Shown here one piece after another: positions 26,294 through 40,081 of a stretch of 64,000 bases of DNA. The notes beneath the pieces were generated by a model that saw only the letters and a program-made list of their open reading frames with translations, searched no databases and was not told where the DNA came from. Numbering within the stretch: the first letter of the stretch is position 1; every line of letters starts with the position of its first letter. The stretch is from Octopus vulgaris (lineage: Eukaryota). Made by a program: the position numbers and the translations under genes. The stretch is taken from the NCBI GenBank assembly GCA_951406725.2, contig OX597821.1, forward strand, positions 100,626,001 to 100,690,000. Reading direction: 5' to 3'.

Positions 26294-27249
26294 CACTGCC
26301 GTTGTTATTGTCAATCCCAGTGCTGTTATTATTATTACAATTCTTAATGATATTACTCTCCTATGATCTCTCTCTCACATTCCTTCCCTCTATCGCCATT
26401 TTTTTTTTTTTCACTTTTTCATCTCCTTGTTATCTATTGACTTGTTCTACATGGACGTTATTTATACTGCGTTTATTATTTGCATTTTGCTATCATTTTG
26501 TTTTTATCATATTTTTCCTTTAAATTCTGTTATTGTTATCGTTGATAGTCGTTGATCTTAATACTCTCTGCTCTTGCTGTTCGTTCTGTCAGTGCTCTAT
26601 CAGTTTTCCTGTTAGTTCTGTCAGTGATCTGCTAGTGCTTCCAACTTTTCCCCAGTCACTTTCTGTTATCACTCTTACCTGTGTTACGACTGCGTTTGAT
26701 GTATTTTTTGTTGCTGTTGTTGGGGTTGTTGTTTTTTTTCGGTGTTGTTTTCTAGTTATTGTATAATATTTGACCTTTCCACGTTATGACAGCATCTAGA
26801 CATCGCTGTTAATGTAAAAGCAAACAAGCCTAAAGTGAAAAAGATGGCGAAAAAGAGAAGGAAAGAGAACGAAAGAGAGAGAGAGTCGGGGAAGATTATG
26901 ACCAAACCCCCATCCCCACCTACGCTTCCTCTTTACTCTTTCCTTTCTCGTCTTTCTGTTTCTCTTTAAAAAAAATGGCATCAGATTTTTAAATCCTGTT
27001 TTCGTTATCACATATCATTTACAAATGGAATTTCAGCAAAAGAAATAGAACGAAACAAAGAATTATATGCGTGAGTGTATACATGTGTGTGCGTGTGCGT
27101 GCGCGTGTGTGTGCGTGCGTGCGTGTGTGTGTGTGTGCGAGTGTGTGTACACGTACATATATACATACATACATTCAGGGTAGGAGAGAAGTAGAAAGAT
27201 CGATAGACAGACATGCAGACAGACAGGCTGGCAGTAATATTTCTGTCAC

Positions 27250-28330
27250 TACTACTCTTCTTGTCACACCAAACACAGTAAATTTGCTATGCGATTGTCT
27301 CAATTACATTGCCCTCGGCGACTCTTTAGTTCGGATTTCGAATCCCAATGTGAGAAAATGCGACATTTCTTCTGGAATCAAGAATATTCTCGATCGGTTG
27401 TGGACCCTACTCTCCTCTGGTCCAACCATTCTCTTATCGACCGCAACACCATTCTCCTATCATCTTTACGCACACGTAAAGACTGGATTCCCCTCTCTCT
27501 CCTTCCATCACGCCATCCATCCACTACAGAACACGAACTAATCAGCAACCCCTGAATCCTATTTTCTGACCCCAAAACCATCCCGAGTTTTCTGCACCAC
27601 CTCACCTTGCGGTCAAAAATATAGGACCTCTGCAGCTTTCTTCTTAGAAACTCCTTAGCGGCCAGCTGCACACAACTATTTTTGAATACACTATATAACG
27701 CGGCGAGCTGGCAGAAACGTTAGCACGCCGAGCGAAATGCTTAGCAGTATTTCGTCTGCCGCTACATTCTGAGTTCAAATTCCGCCGAGGTCGACTTTGC
27801 TTTTCATCCTTTCAGGGTCGATAAATAAAGTACTAGATACGCACTGGGGTCGATGTAATCGACTTAATCCGTTTGTCTGTCCTTGTTTGTCTCCTCTATT
27901 TTAGCCCCTTGTGGTCAATAAAGAAATATATATTTGAGTACACTTTCTGACGATACAATGCCTGCCCTTATTTAACAACACTACAACCACCACTAGACCT
28001 ACGTCATGATGCTTCTTTGCCCAAAATTTCTGTTGCCCGTTATCCAGATTTAAGTCCTGCACCGTCTGCAATCTTGACGGCGCACTTTATATTAAACAAA
28101 CTGGCCGGCGCTCTGCCGATCGCTTTTGGAAATAAGTTGGAAGGATATTACAAGAACACCAGGGCAACCTATCATCCACTTCAACACAACAATTATTTAT
28201 AATTGTGCAGCACTTCCACACACCATGGATCTGCATACTCAACAAAACAGAAGAAGCAACTGGTACCATCTCACCGAAGGGTTTTCGTATAAGGTCTTTC
28301 ATCCTATTCCTATAGTTTTCTTTTAGCTCC
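27250..28330 (+). mobile_element. Degenerate Penelope-like element (RT thumb, linker, GIY-YIG), split by a SINE B
   Basis: YSSCHTKHSKFAMRLSQL..RRLFSSDFESQCEKMRHFF..Y.RSVVD....IDR....IPLSL, then ILFSDPK, a Cys linker remnant (NACPYL), and IKQTGRRSADRF...PIIHFN (the YIGQTGR.L..RF.EH...HFN pattern). Confidence 0.8.
27697..27927 (+). mobile_element. SINE family B single copy
   Basis: gcggcgagctggcagaaacg head through the caataaagaaata tail. Confidence 0.9.
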
Positions 28331-29068
28331 CGTCTCCTCTCAATTTTCCCGCCACTTTATCCTGGTTCGCTTCTCCTCATCTCTCTATTATTTCTTTCTA
28401 TTAGGTTGAAGAAAAACTTCGTGCGCTGCATTAAAATAATGCTTTTTTAAATATATTTTTGTGGATATTCAATCAGTTCATTATTTTAACACGGCACACA
28501 GACTTTTTCTCAGCCTAATATATTTATCTTCCCACTCTCTCTTCTTCTTCTTCTTCTTCTTCTTCTTCTTCTTCTTCTTCTTCTTCTTCTTCTTCTTCTT
28601 CTTCTTCTTCTTCTTCTTCTTCTTCTTCTTCTTCTTCTCCTCCTCCTCCCCCTCCTCCTCTATTTCTTCTCATTCAGATTCTCTTTTTAAAACTACTTCC
28701 AAGGTACGTATACAAGCTGACATTGCTTTGCGTTCCTCATTAGACGCAGCCAGTTTTTCAAACACAGGGATGCAAAACTGTAATGGCTTTTTTTTTTATT
28801 TCACTCCTCTTAGCTTTATAACATTACTCTACAGAAGGAAATTTCCAAAACGTTGAATATTACACTCCCTACGGTAATTTCACCATATGCACTCTCTCCT
28901 CTCTTCTCTCCCTCTGTTTCTCTCTCTCATTCTCAAATTGTAAAAGTCTTACTGACACTGACCACCAGCCGCCTCCTTCGATTCTGTTCAACCTGATTTA
29001 TAGACACATCATATACTTATATGAGAGTGTAGGTGTGTTTGTGTACGTGGATGTGGAAGTAATAAGTT

Positions 29069-29145
<77 letters not shown>

Positions 29146-29264
29146 TGTATGTATGTATGCATGTATATATGTGTGTGTGTATGTGGAAGTAATAAACTTA
29201 TATATATATGTGTTATGTATGTATGTTTATATATATATATATGTATGTGGGAGTAATAAACTTT

Positions 29265-29298
<34 letters not shown>

Positions 29299-30059
29299 TG
29301 TAGGTAGGTATGAGTAAGCTTATATGATCATGCTCGTTGTCGTCGCTGAGTGCTTGTACTCCTTTCTGTCTATCTGTATGTTTGTCTCCGTATGCATGTG
29401 TGATCATTTATTTGAAAATTCTACGAAAACATGTTTAATCTAGTGGTAAAGGAATACTATTTATTGCCGTCATTAAATGCCAATATATATCGATACAACA
29501 CATGATTGGCAGCTTAATGATCGAATTTATTCAACCCTATTCGTATTAGAATAGATGCGAATGAAGCTAACGTCACATGCTGCATCATCGAACTGGAAAA
29601 ACACTATATTGAATTCCCATAGAAATCTTATAAATCAGCATATATTTGACTGTATAGAAAGGACGGTAACCACCAATGAAGTCCATTATGCAAAACAGTT
29701 AATAACTTATATTCTGAAAATTCCAATTTGCGAAAGTGAAACTAGATTTTCGCTGTAGGTCTTGGAGAAAATTTATTCACAGCCAGACTTGATATGATTT
29801 TAATTTATAAATACATAAATGTTATATTATGTTATATTCATGTTTATAGCTGTAGTTATGTACATTCTTAATTGTTTTTGAGGTATTGTATCATTGTTGT
29901 TTATTGGTGTTTCTTTATAGCTAAAGTAATAAAGTTAATAACGGTCAGTTGGTACCTCTTTATATTCAGGGTTTAAGCATTAATTTGTTTTAGAGTAATG
30001 GTTAATGATCTTATGCACAGATATTCGCACACATACATACATATATACATATATCTATA

Positions 30060-30166
<107 letters not shown>

Positions 30167-30579
30167 CATATATATATATATACACACATGCATATACACA
30201 CAAGGGTAATTCTAACTAAATGATACAACAGACATTACAACACTTACAGTGTTGAATTACCCTGTATATATGTGTGCGTGTGTGTGTGTCTATGTACAGA
30301 GGAAGAGAAAGACAGAGAGAGAGAAGAGAAAGAAAGAGGGAAGGAGAGAGATAGAGAGACAAATATATACAATTTTAAAAGGAAAACGAGGGAATAATTG
30401 ATAGTCACTTCAAAATTTCAGCTTATTATCCGCTGGTAGTTACATGGCGGCTGGTAAGTCGCAACGTCGAAACCACTAAACATTTTCCCAGTAAAAATTC
30501 TGCTTAGAAAGTATTCAGTTGAGCCTTTCACTCTAATGTTAAAATGCTTTCAGTGCAAGTTCACATTAAAACAAACAGG

Positions 30580-30711
<132 letters not shown>

Positions 30712-31102
30712 GATACATTCATTACATACAGCTTTTATTTTTTATCCTTTACTTGTTTCAATGAGTAGACTTCGACCACGCTGGGGCAGAGCCTTGAAGA
30801 ACATGAATAGGGTCACCTGAATCGACTCTAGAACTTTTTATTAAAGCCTGGTACTTATTATATCGGTATATTTTACGTACAGCTAGATTATGGAGATTTA
30901 ATCTCACCAACACCGGTTGTCCAGCGGGGTGTAGTGGGAGTCAAACACAGACACAAAGACACACACCACATCATAGATATTCCTATATATATATATATAC
31001 ACGATCAAATCCACTCACAAGTCATCGCTCGGCCCAAGATTCCACGTAGTGGGCCAAACCCAGAAGCAAGTTCTTGGGAAGCAAACTTCTTACCACAATC
31101 GA

Positions 31103-31155
<53 letters not shown>

Positions 31156-31157
31156 TC

Positions 31158-31206
<49 letters not shown>

Positions 31207-31261
31207 CATATATACATACAACTTATATATATACACACATATATATATACACACACATATA

Positions 31262-32885
31262 CAGTTGCGGCCAAAATGTTCAGAACGGCTTTGTTTTCGT
31301 CAGAAAAGTAGATATTATTTTTTATCAAAGTTGTTTTATATTCTATAATTTTCACAGACAATACATACGATATTATTTGTTATTGCCTGAGACTTTGGTG
31401 TAATTTGAGAGGATAATACAAAAGTTATGGATGATTTAGTGATTTACTGCAAAACCCATGGCGGCCAAAATTATCAGAACGGTTGCTTTTACTCCGTGTT
31501 TTAGTATATTTAACCGGCGAACTCTAATGTTTTGAATTTGTTTACCTGACGGTTCATTAACTAAACATTAGTAAGAATATTTGCAGTGTACTTTGTTAAT
31601 ATAATGCCACTTACTCCGTTACCAATTCGTCAGCAGATTATTAAGCTTCGAAGGAAGGATGATTTAAGTATTGAGTCTATTGCAAAGATTGTTAACAAGT
31701 CAAAAAGTGTTGTACACGGTATTCTTAAGGTCTACGATGATTGTGGTTCGTGTGGAGCAAGAAAGTCTACAGTTAGGCCAAGAAAAACGACCAAGAGAGA
31801 AGATCGTGCTATGGTAAAGTTGGTTAAAAAGGACAGATTTAAAACTGCTGCTGCTGTTTCTCGGAAAAGGAGCATTGTATTGAAGAAAACTTTATCTCGA
31901 AAAACTGTGTCTCGTCGTTTAGTTGAACATGGCTTACAAGCAAGAGCACCTGCAGTGAAGCCACTGATCAGCTCCAAGAATAAAAAGTGTCGTCTTACCT
32001 TTGCAACCAAACATGTGTTGTGGTCTCAAGAAAAATGGCAAACGGTGCATTTCAGTGATGAATCTAAGTTTATGCTATTTGGCTCAGATGGGAAAAGGTA
32101 CGTTCGTAGAAAAGTAGGTGAAAAATTGTTGCCTAAATGCCTTAAGACTAGTGTTAAATTCGGTGGAGGAAGTGTCATGGTTTGGAGGATGATATCTGGA
32201 GATAGTGTGGGCCCTTTGGTGGGATTACATGGAAAGTTAAATGCAGGAGTTTATAAACAACTTGTAAAAGATCATGTCTTGCCTGTGCTGAGAAATTCAA
32301 CTAAGCGACCACCCATATTCATGCAGGACAATGCCCCATGTCACAAGGCTAAGGTGGTCATGAACTTCCTCAAGGCTGAAAAGGTTATTGTTATGGATTG
32401 GCCAGCTCAAAGCCCAGATCTCAATCCTATTGAAAATGTATGGAATATTCTAGGAGAACGTTCGAAAGCCAGAAATCCTAAAACAACTGAGCAATTATGG
32501 AATGCCCTTCAGGAAGAATGGAATAAGATCACCCAGCAAGAAATTGAAAATCTAATTTCCTCGTGCAGTCGAAGATGTCAGAGTGTGATTGAAGCTAAAG
32601 GGCTTCACACGAAATATTAAATAATTCCAGTATTCTCTGTCATTTTTTATTATTTTGTTATTTTTTCAACCGTTCTGATCATTTTGGCCGCCATGGGTTT
32701 TGCAGTAAATCACTATTTCATCCATAACTTTTGTATTATCCTCTCAAATTACACCAAAATCTTAGACAATAACAATTAATATTGTATTTATTGTACGTGA
32801 AAATTATAAAATATAGAACAACTTTGATAAAAACTTAAATCTACTTTTCTGACGAAAACAATGCCGTTCTGAACATTTTGGCCGA

Positions 32886-32889
<4 letters not shown>
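31262..32889 (+). mobile_element. Full-length Tc1-family DNA transposon with about 224-bp IR/DR-type TIRs and TA TSD
   Basis: TIRs at 31262-31485 and 32667-32889, each with outer and inner cggccaaaat..tcagaacgg repeats. TA at 31260-61 and 32890-91, inside (TA)n. Confidence 0.96.
31604..32620 (+). CDS. Tc1 transposase (DD34E), 338 aa, uninterrupted
   Basis: HTH N-terminus, VRPRKTT (GRPR box position), FSDESKF, FMQDNAPCH, WPAQSPDLNPIENVW. I count 34 residues between the second D and E. First ATG at 31604. Confidence 0.95.
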   Translation: MPLTPLPIRQQIIKLRRKDDLSIESIAKIVNKSKSVVHGILKVYDDCGSCGARKSTVRPRKTTKREDRAMVKLVKKDRFKTAAAVSRKRSIVLKKTLSRKTVSRRLVEHGLQARAPAVKPLISSKNKKCRLTFATKHVLWSQEKWQTVHFSDESKFMLFGSDGKRYVRRKVGEKLLPKCLKTSVKFGGGSVMVWRMISGDSVGPLVGLHGKLNAGVYKQLVKDHVLPVLRNSTKRPPIFMQDNAPCHKAKVVMNFLKAEKVIVMDWPAQSPDLNPIENVWNILGERSKARNPKTTEQLWNALQEEWNKITQQEIENLISSCSRRCQSVIEAKGLHTKY

Positions 32890-32931
<42 letters not shown>

Positions 32932-34258
32932 CACACACACACATACTCGCATTATTCATAAAGTACATATTTCTCGATATACAGTATTGTTCAGAACAGT
33001 AGCATTTTCATTATATTTATTAACAAATTATTAATATATCCCTTATCAACCACAAACCAGAAATTAACCGAAATAACCAACTTCATTTACATAATGCACA
33101 TTCGCTGGTGACTTGGTTTATTAACTAATGAATATTTATGCACAATATGGCGTACATTGGATAAGCCGATTTAAATTTCTCTTAGCTACACCAACAGTTT
33201 AAATTGTAAGCCTTGTTGTGGAGCCTTGCTGTGGGTACATAAATATAAGTAGATTTTGTTTGAATCCGAATAGCTATTTCTTATAAGATTCTTCATAGCG
33301 AGGAATATATATGTCTGTGTGTATGCATATGTTTGCTCGCACATGTACGCGTGTGAAGGTGCGTGTACGTACATATATATGGATATATGTGTACGTGTAT
33401 ATATATATGTGTGTGTATATGTGTGTATGTGTGAATGCACGTATGTATATATATATATGTATGTATGTGTGTGTATGTGTGAATGTACGTATGTATGTAA
33501 GGTATACATACCTGCGTTTACAGGGGCGATAATACATGCAGGTATACGTGGGTGCGCATGCGTGCATATGCATGCGAGTAAGAGTTGTATGTGTAGATAT
33601 TGATATGTATAAACATCTGTATAAATATATATATATATATATTATTATTATTATAAGTAGAAAAATACAAACGGGGACAAGAACGCAAAACACTTAGAAG
33701 ACGATTATATACATGTCTAATATATACATATGTATACATCTTCACATATATGTTCTTATATTACTAAGCACTTACCTACCAAACCATCTAAATTCCTAAA
33801 TTCTTAATCCATTACTACTAACCATCCCTCTGCCCCGACACTTAGACTCTATCACTAGACATTTGTCACTCCTTTACCTTTTACCACCCCATTCCTTCTG
33901 TCTTGTTATACTCTAATACCTTTCTCTCTCTATCACCTTTTACCTACCCACTCCTACGTTCAAATTATCTCCACTGACCACTAACTAGTACATTTTCCCT
34001 TATCTATATCTTTGTTTTTCTTTTTTCTTATATCTTTCATTCCTTTATTCATCCCTTCCTGTTTTTTTATTATTTTTTATTATTATATTATATTATTATT
34101 TTGTTTTTATTTTCTTCTTCTTCGTCTCTCTTTCTTCTCTTTTTTCTGTTTTTTCTCAGAACTAGCTGATGCATAATTCGTTACGTTGGTTTATATATAA
34201 AATGAAGAAGATGCAGTCCACCGAAGCGAACGCACTTTTGGTTTCTGTGGTTAATGTA

Positions 34259-34314
<56 letters not shown>

Positions 34315-34349
34315 CCAAAGTGTACGTATGCCGCTATATGTTTTATATA

Positions 34350-34720
34350 TAAAAAATACAAAATGGGACAAGAACGCAAAACATCCAGACAGTTAGGTGA
34401 TACAAAAGAGGGACAACAAAACATCCAGGTAGACGATGCAAAGAAAACAAGGCCGGGTCATTCGGAGTTTTTTTTTCCTCAGTCGAGTTCCAGATTATCT
34501 TTGCAATTTCGGTTGGTTATACTCGAGATTGCTCCAATCTGGCCAGCCCCAAGGAAAAACTAAGCTAAGAGCATTAGATTCCTTGGAAGAAAGCAGCGAA
34601 TGTATAAGAAAACAAGGACGGAAAGAAATGGAGAATGTTACACAAATACAAATAACAGGACATAACAACAGGTGTCTTTCGACTAAGGACGAATTAAATT
34701 AAGCTGGCGTGTGTGAAATT
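34350..34720 (-). repeat. Short interspersed element abutting (TA)n; second copy about 63808-63992 (+), terminal fragment about 33660-33695
   Basis: gagcaatct.gagtataa...gaaattgcaaagataatctggaac...gaatgacccg...tttgcgttcttgtcccattttgtatttt is shared. Confidence 0.8.
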
Positions 34721-35263
34721 AAAGTCTTACGGCAGGGATACAAGATTTCACAGGCACAGGGAGGAATATAGATGTTGCTCGGACGGCGGCCGAACGAAGA
34801 AAGAAAGATCAGGATGGTTCACCACCGGTTACGTGGGGGAAGGAAGGAAGGAAAGTATCCTCAAACTGAAAACCTGGCCCGGATGCTTACAACAGAATCG
34901 TCTCTGCTGAAAGCACCCAAGATGCCCGGTGGTGGTATTAGACAGGGTGTCGTATTAAGTCCACCACGCAAGTAAGCCATAACAGGATTTGAACATAAAG
35001 CGCAAAAAATATGGAAAAAATATTGTAAGGCATCCGGTCCGATATTTGTACAGTTCTGCCAATCCAAAATTTAAAATGGTGCTTTTTAAATCGACCCGTA
35101 AATATGAAAGACTAAGTCGATCTCGGCTGGATTTGAACTAAACGCGCAGAGAACAAATACCACGAAGCAGTCAATCCGATTATGACAACCCTCCCTCTGT
35201 ATACGTACATACACACACAAACATACATACATACATACATACATACATACATACATACATACA

Positions 35264-35294
<31 letters not shown>

Positions 35295-35994
35295 GTGTAT
35301 GTATGCGCATTTCAAATATACATGTATGCGTTTTTGCATACATGTATGTAGGTGCATTTTTGCATCTACATATGTATCTGCTTGCGTGTGTATACACACA
35401 CACAAACACATATGTACGTGTATACATACATATTCGCTACACAATATCTTCCTACTAAATCTTCGAACATCATATCCTAGCTTAATACTACATACAATCC
35501 TGTTATCATATCATATCTCACCATACTATTTCTATCTCACAAACTATACTCTGCCAAATCCTAATACTTTCCGTTATCTAATATAATGCGATATACTTAG
35601 AGCCAAACTATTCCATATTCAAAATGTTTTCTACCTTATTCTATCGTAACGTACATCAAACAACGTTGTCATAATAAAATATATCACTTTATATTTTCCA
35701 ATATAATCATTATAAAATTACTTACTACATCAGATAATGTTGTACGAAAACAATCATATATGCAAGTGTAGGCACAACATAGTTTTTAGGGTCCATAAGT
35801 GCGGGCTGGAGAAGAATTCTGTTCTTCGCATTTAAGAAAATGTAAGCATCTTCGAGATATCTAAAACCCGCTCTCTGTCTGGAAGACTCATGCTGACAAC
35901 AAATATACAAGTGGATCTGAAAGAAAATAATATTTAAAGAGAAATTAAAGAGTCAGTTTCTTCTTTGGGGGATATAAATCGCTGTTGCCCCTAG

Positions 35995-36225
35995 TGGTCG
36001 AGCGTCTATCATTGAGCACCGCCTTTAGCCGACCAAATCGACCCCAGGACTTATTCTTTGTAAGCCTAGTACTTATTCTATCGGTCTCTTTTGCCGAACA
36101 GCTAGGTTACGGGGATGTAAACACAGCAGCATCGGTTGTCAAGCGATGTTGGAGGGACAAGACAGACACACAACACACATACATAAATATATATATTTAT
36201 ATACATACATACATACATATATATT

Positions 36226-36271
<46 letters not shown>

Positions 36272-36400
36272 GCGACGGGCTTTTCTCAGTTTCTGTCTAC
36301 CAAATCCACTCACAGGGCTTTGGTCGCCCCGAGGATATTAGGAGAAGACACTTGCCCAGGGTGCCATGCAATAGGACTGAACCCGGAACCATGTGGTGGG
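35995..36400 (-). mobile_element. SINE family A
   Basis: Reverse complement of family A body and head. Confidence 0.85.
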
Positions 36401-36722
36401 TAGAGTAATGGAAGAATAATTCATATTTTATCTTTCAGTTCATCTGTCATTGGATTGCGTGCGGTGATGCTGGAGGACTGTCTTGAAGAGTTGAATCCTT
36501 ATATTTTGCTTCATTTTTTTATTTTATTTATTCTATTTGTCGCTTTGCTGAACATCTGATTTACCAAAGCTGGGGGAATGGTGAAGGCGACAAGCACGGA
36601 CATAACGGCACACAAGCATGTGTGTGTTTACACGCATATACATACATACATACATACATGCATGCATACATACATACATACATACATACATACATACATA
36701 CATACATACGTACGTACAAACA

Positions 36723-37128
36723 TACAAGCTCGGGCTTATATTTATAATTATTGGAGCCTTGGGATACGTAAAACAATGCCCAAATACAAATCTTGAGAAA
36801 TTAGGCTTCTCAAAACCAGAAAGTAGAAAGCTAATTCGAAGAAGACTACAGATCCAACCCATCATTGGAACACTAAAATTCTGTAAAACTTTCCAAAAGT
36901 TTATCATTTAAATATATGTGAGCATTTCTAGATATGCAATTATATGTCTGAGAATACATACATAAAGCAAAACATAGAGAGCTGCACATATACATATATA
37001 CATGCATACATACAAACAAAAATACCATGTTGTTGATGTTAAAATTCCAATGAGAGAGACTTGAATCTAGGTTAGAAACGGGCTCTTTCGCTATTAACAA
37101 GAAATCTTGAAATGAAACTGAACAATGA
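36723..37128 (+). mobile_element. 3' end of a second RLE-type non-LTR retrotransposon, flanked by (CATA)n on both sides
   Basis: IIIGALGYV...NLEKLGF...RKLIRRRLQIQPIIGTLKFCKTFQKFII* (stop at 36911), then about 215 bp of 3' UTR ending tga|catacatac. Confidence 0.7.
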
Positions 37129-37170
37129 CATACATACATACATACATACATACATACATACATACATACA

Positions 37171-37202
<32 letters not shown>

Positions 37203-37319
37203 CGTATGCTAATGCAAAGAAGAAAAATAGAACTCAAAAGTATGAATATATGTATATTTATATATATATAGAGAGAGAGAGAGAGAGGAGGGGGGGAGAG
37301 GGAGACAGACAGACAGACT

Positions 37320-37401
<82 letters not shown>

Positions 37402-37428
37402 GAGAGGCAGAGAGAGAGAGAGACAGAG

Positions 37429-37610
37429 ATTTCTTTATTGGCCACGGAGGGCTAGACACAGAAGGGACAAAATACAAAGTAGAGCTTTTCATTTGAGGAA
37501 CAAGAGAAGGGGAAAAGTGGAGGGGCGAATGCCGATCAAAAGGGATCGTGAAAAAAAAAGGGGTGATTCCGATCGAAAGGGATCGTGAAAAAAAAAGTGG
37601 GGCCGATCAA
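37429..37610 (-). mobile_element. Probable LINE 3' end sharing its terminus with the SINE B tail
   Basis: The minus strand ends tttgtcccttctgtgtctagccctccgtggccaataaagaaat like the SINE B tail, but the upstream sequence is unrelated to SINE B. Confidence 0.5.
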
Positions 37611-40081
37611 GACAAGCCTTCACACAGATTCCCTTTACCAAATTCATTCCCAAGGCATTGGTCGGCCTGAGATTATAGTACAAGACATTTGTCCAAAAGA
37701 TCTGAAGCCGAAACTATACGGTTGCAAACGTGCTTCTTAAACACGCGGCCATGCCTACACTTTTCTATTTTCTTGCTTTTATACTTATAATTATATTTCC
37801 ACAATAAACATAATTTTGTCTTTTTTTCTGTGTATCTAATCAAATTTTCTTTAATACTACCTCATTAGACTGTACGTATCTCATTAAACACAGCCTTCAT
37901 GCATTAAACAGTGCTTCACCTCGATATAATATGATGTCATATCATATAGTCAGACGTTAACAACACAAATATTTTCTCTTCGTGCTGTAAAGAGCCAATT
38001 AAATTCGGAATAACGGCCTTACATTTTCGTGCTGTAGCATACGAAAATTATAAAACCTAACTACACATCTTAACAAAGGAGTGCGATTAAAACAAAATGG
38101 CCGGCTCACGGGAAGGTACATCTGGCCTCTGTATCATTCTAACAATACAAAGTTTAAAGACTATTATTTACTGCTTAATGAAATGTAAATGAATTGATAT
38201 GACACTGAATTCTACGAGACTTCCACTAAATGATGTCGTCATTGATATTATATCTTTTCTTCACAAATGAACTCCACAACCAGGAACCAACTATTTAAGT
38301 GGCAGTCATCGCCTACAGCCTAATATATCGATTGCCAATTTAAGCTTTTATTTATAATCGTGTAAGATTCAGTTATTCAACAACTCACACTCCATTACGA
38401 GACTGAATATGGAAATTTTCTTCAACCATATTAAATTCAGTTCATTAATATATATAATTGTATTGTTGTTATTGTTGTTGTGTTCATTTTATTTATTGGT
38501 TCATATTTGTTGTCCTTTCTTTTTTCTTTCTTTCTCTCTTTTTTCCCCCTTTTTTCCCCTTACGCAGGTTTTCAATTTACTTAAAATTCATTCCTTCACT
38601 TCGCTTTTTCTCGCCGCATCTATATTTTTAGCTCCAGTTATTTCCTGAATTGTCCCTCGCTCGGACAATTAATCATTGATTGTCGAACGATCGCATCTTC
38701 TTTCTGATAAGCTTCCAGTGAAAAATTTTTAAATGCCATCGATTTTATGACGTCACTGCTCTAAATGCATTTTTCCAAGAAGCTTTCCAATTAATATAAA
38801 GTCTTACAAACATGTAGAGTCACCAAGTATAGATTCTCTATTAAATAAACAATTTTTGTAGAAAACTAAAACTAATTTTCTTTTCGTCTTTTTGCTATTG
38901 TTGTCGTTGTTATTCTCTGTTGTCGTTATCGACGTAGTTGTTGTTGTTGTTGCTGTTGTTGTTGTGTTTGTCATTATTGGCGTTGGTGTTCGTATAATTA
39001 TTTATTGTTTTTGTTATCGTCTTTGGTGTTTGTTCTTATTTGTTGTTGATGTTGTTGTTATTGTCGTTCCTGTTGCAGTTGCCGATGCACTTTTGCAAGC
39101 TATTATCGTTGCTGCTATTGGCATTGCTCTTGTTGTTGCTTTTTGTTGTTGTTGTTGTTGTTGTTGTTGCTACTGCTGCTGCTGAGATTATCATTATTGG
39201 CTTCAGCGTTCATTTTGTTGTTTATTGTTTTTCTTGGCAATGTTGTTATTGTCATTACTGTTGCTGTTTCTGATGCAATTTTTGATGTTGTTGTTGTTTC
39301 TGCGAATCTTCTTGTTATTAAAATTTCAATGTGTCATTCTAGTTGTTTTTAACCTTTGAAAAAATAACAGGATAAAAATACCCAGGGTCGCTTCGTGCGT
39401 GAACAATGAACAACTAACTAATTGCACAGTGGGTACAAACATAACTTGATGCACAAGGAACGAAAATTTTTAATTAATTATAATTCCACCCTCAATGACG
39501 AAAGAACGACAAAAAATAAATCCTTACCTAAATGACTAATTCTAATCAATAAAGACAGGAGAGACAACTCTGGTAATTTAATTAAAATAAATTAAGTACA
39601 AAATCCAACGGGAAATAAAAGGAATCTTAATCATCAGCTGCACACGTGATATCTCCTAAAATGTTTCGCAGCCCTATTGCTCCACATCAGATAAGTGTTG
39701 TCTAACTCTAACTGTAAGATCTTAGAACGACCGGAGAGGATAAGGGATTTGAGTGAATGATCACTTCGTGGTGTGAAAACTTAAAAGAATTATTGAGAAA
39801 ATATACAGGAATTAATTATGAAAACTTAATTGGTATTTCTTCCAGCTATCTTAAGATATTGCAGTAAATGTTAAAATATGTTTTATTGGTAAACTATATA
39901 GGTTTTTACTTACAAAATATAAGAATGAATAACCGATATATGATGGTAGAGTTTATATTATTAAGATATCAGTTGATGATTCGTTCCGTTCAAATTCAGA
40001 TATTCAGAGATTCAGACCCACGTGCTTTCAGTTAGGCAACTTAGGTTCATATGTGTGTCAGTGTGTTTTTGTTCTTTTTGA

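Noticed and set aside
25913-26314. Poly-Ile N-terminus of the 521-aa ORF as a membrane domain
   Set aside because: It is the flanking (TAA)n target read in frame with the truncated retrotransposon.
31586-31603. GTG start for the transposase
   Set aside because: Eukaryotic element; the first ATG at 31604 gives a normal Tc1 length.
34495-34560. Hammerhead in the 34350-34720 element
   Set aside because: A stem and GAAA are present, but the core position reads CCTTGGG, too far from CUGANGA to call.
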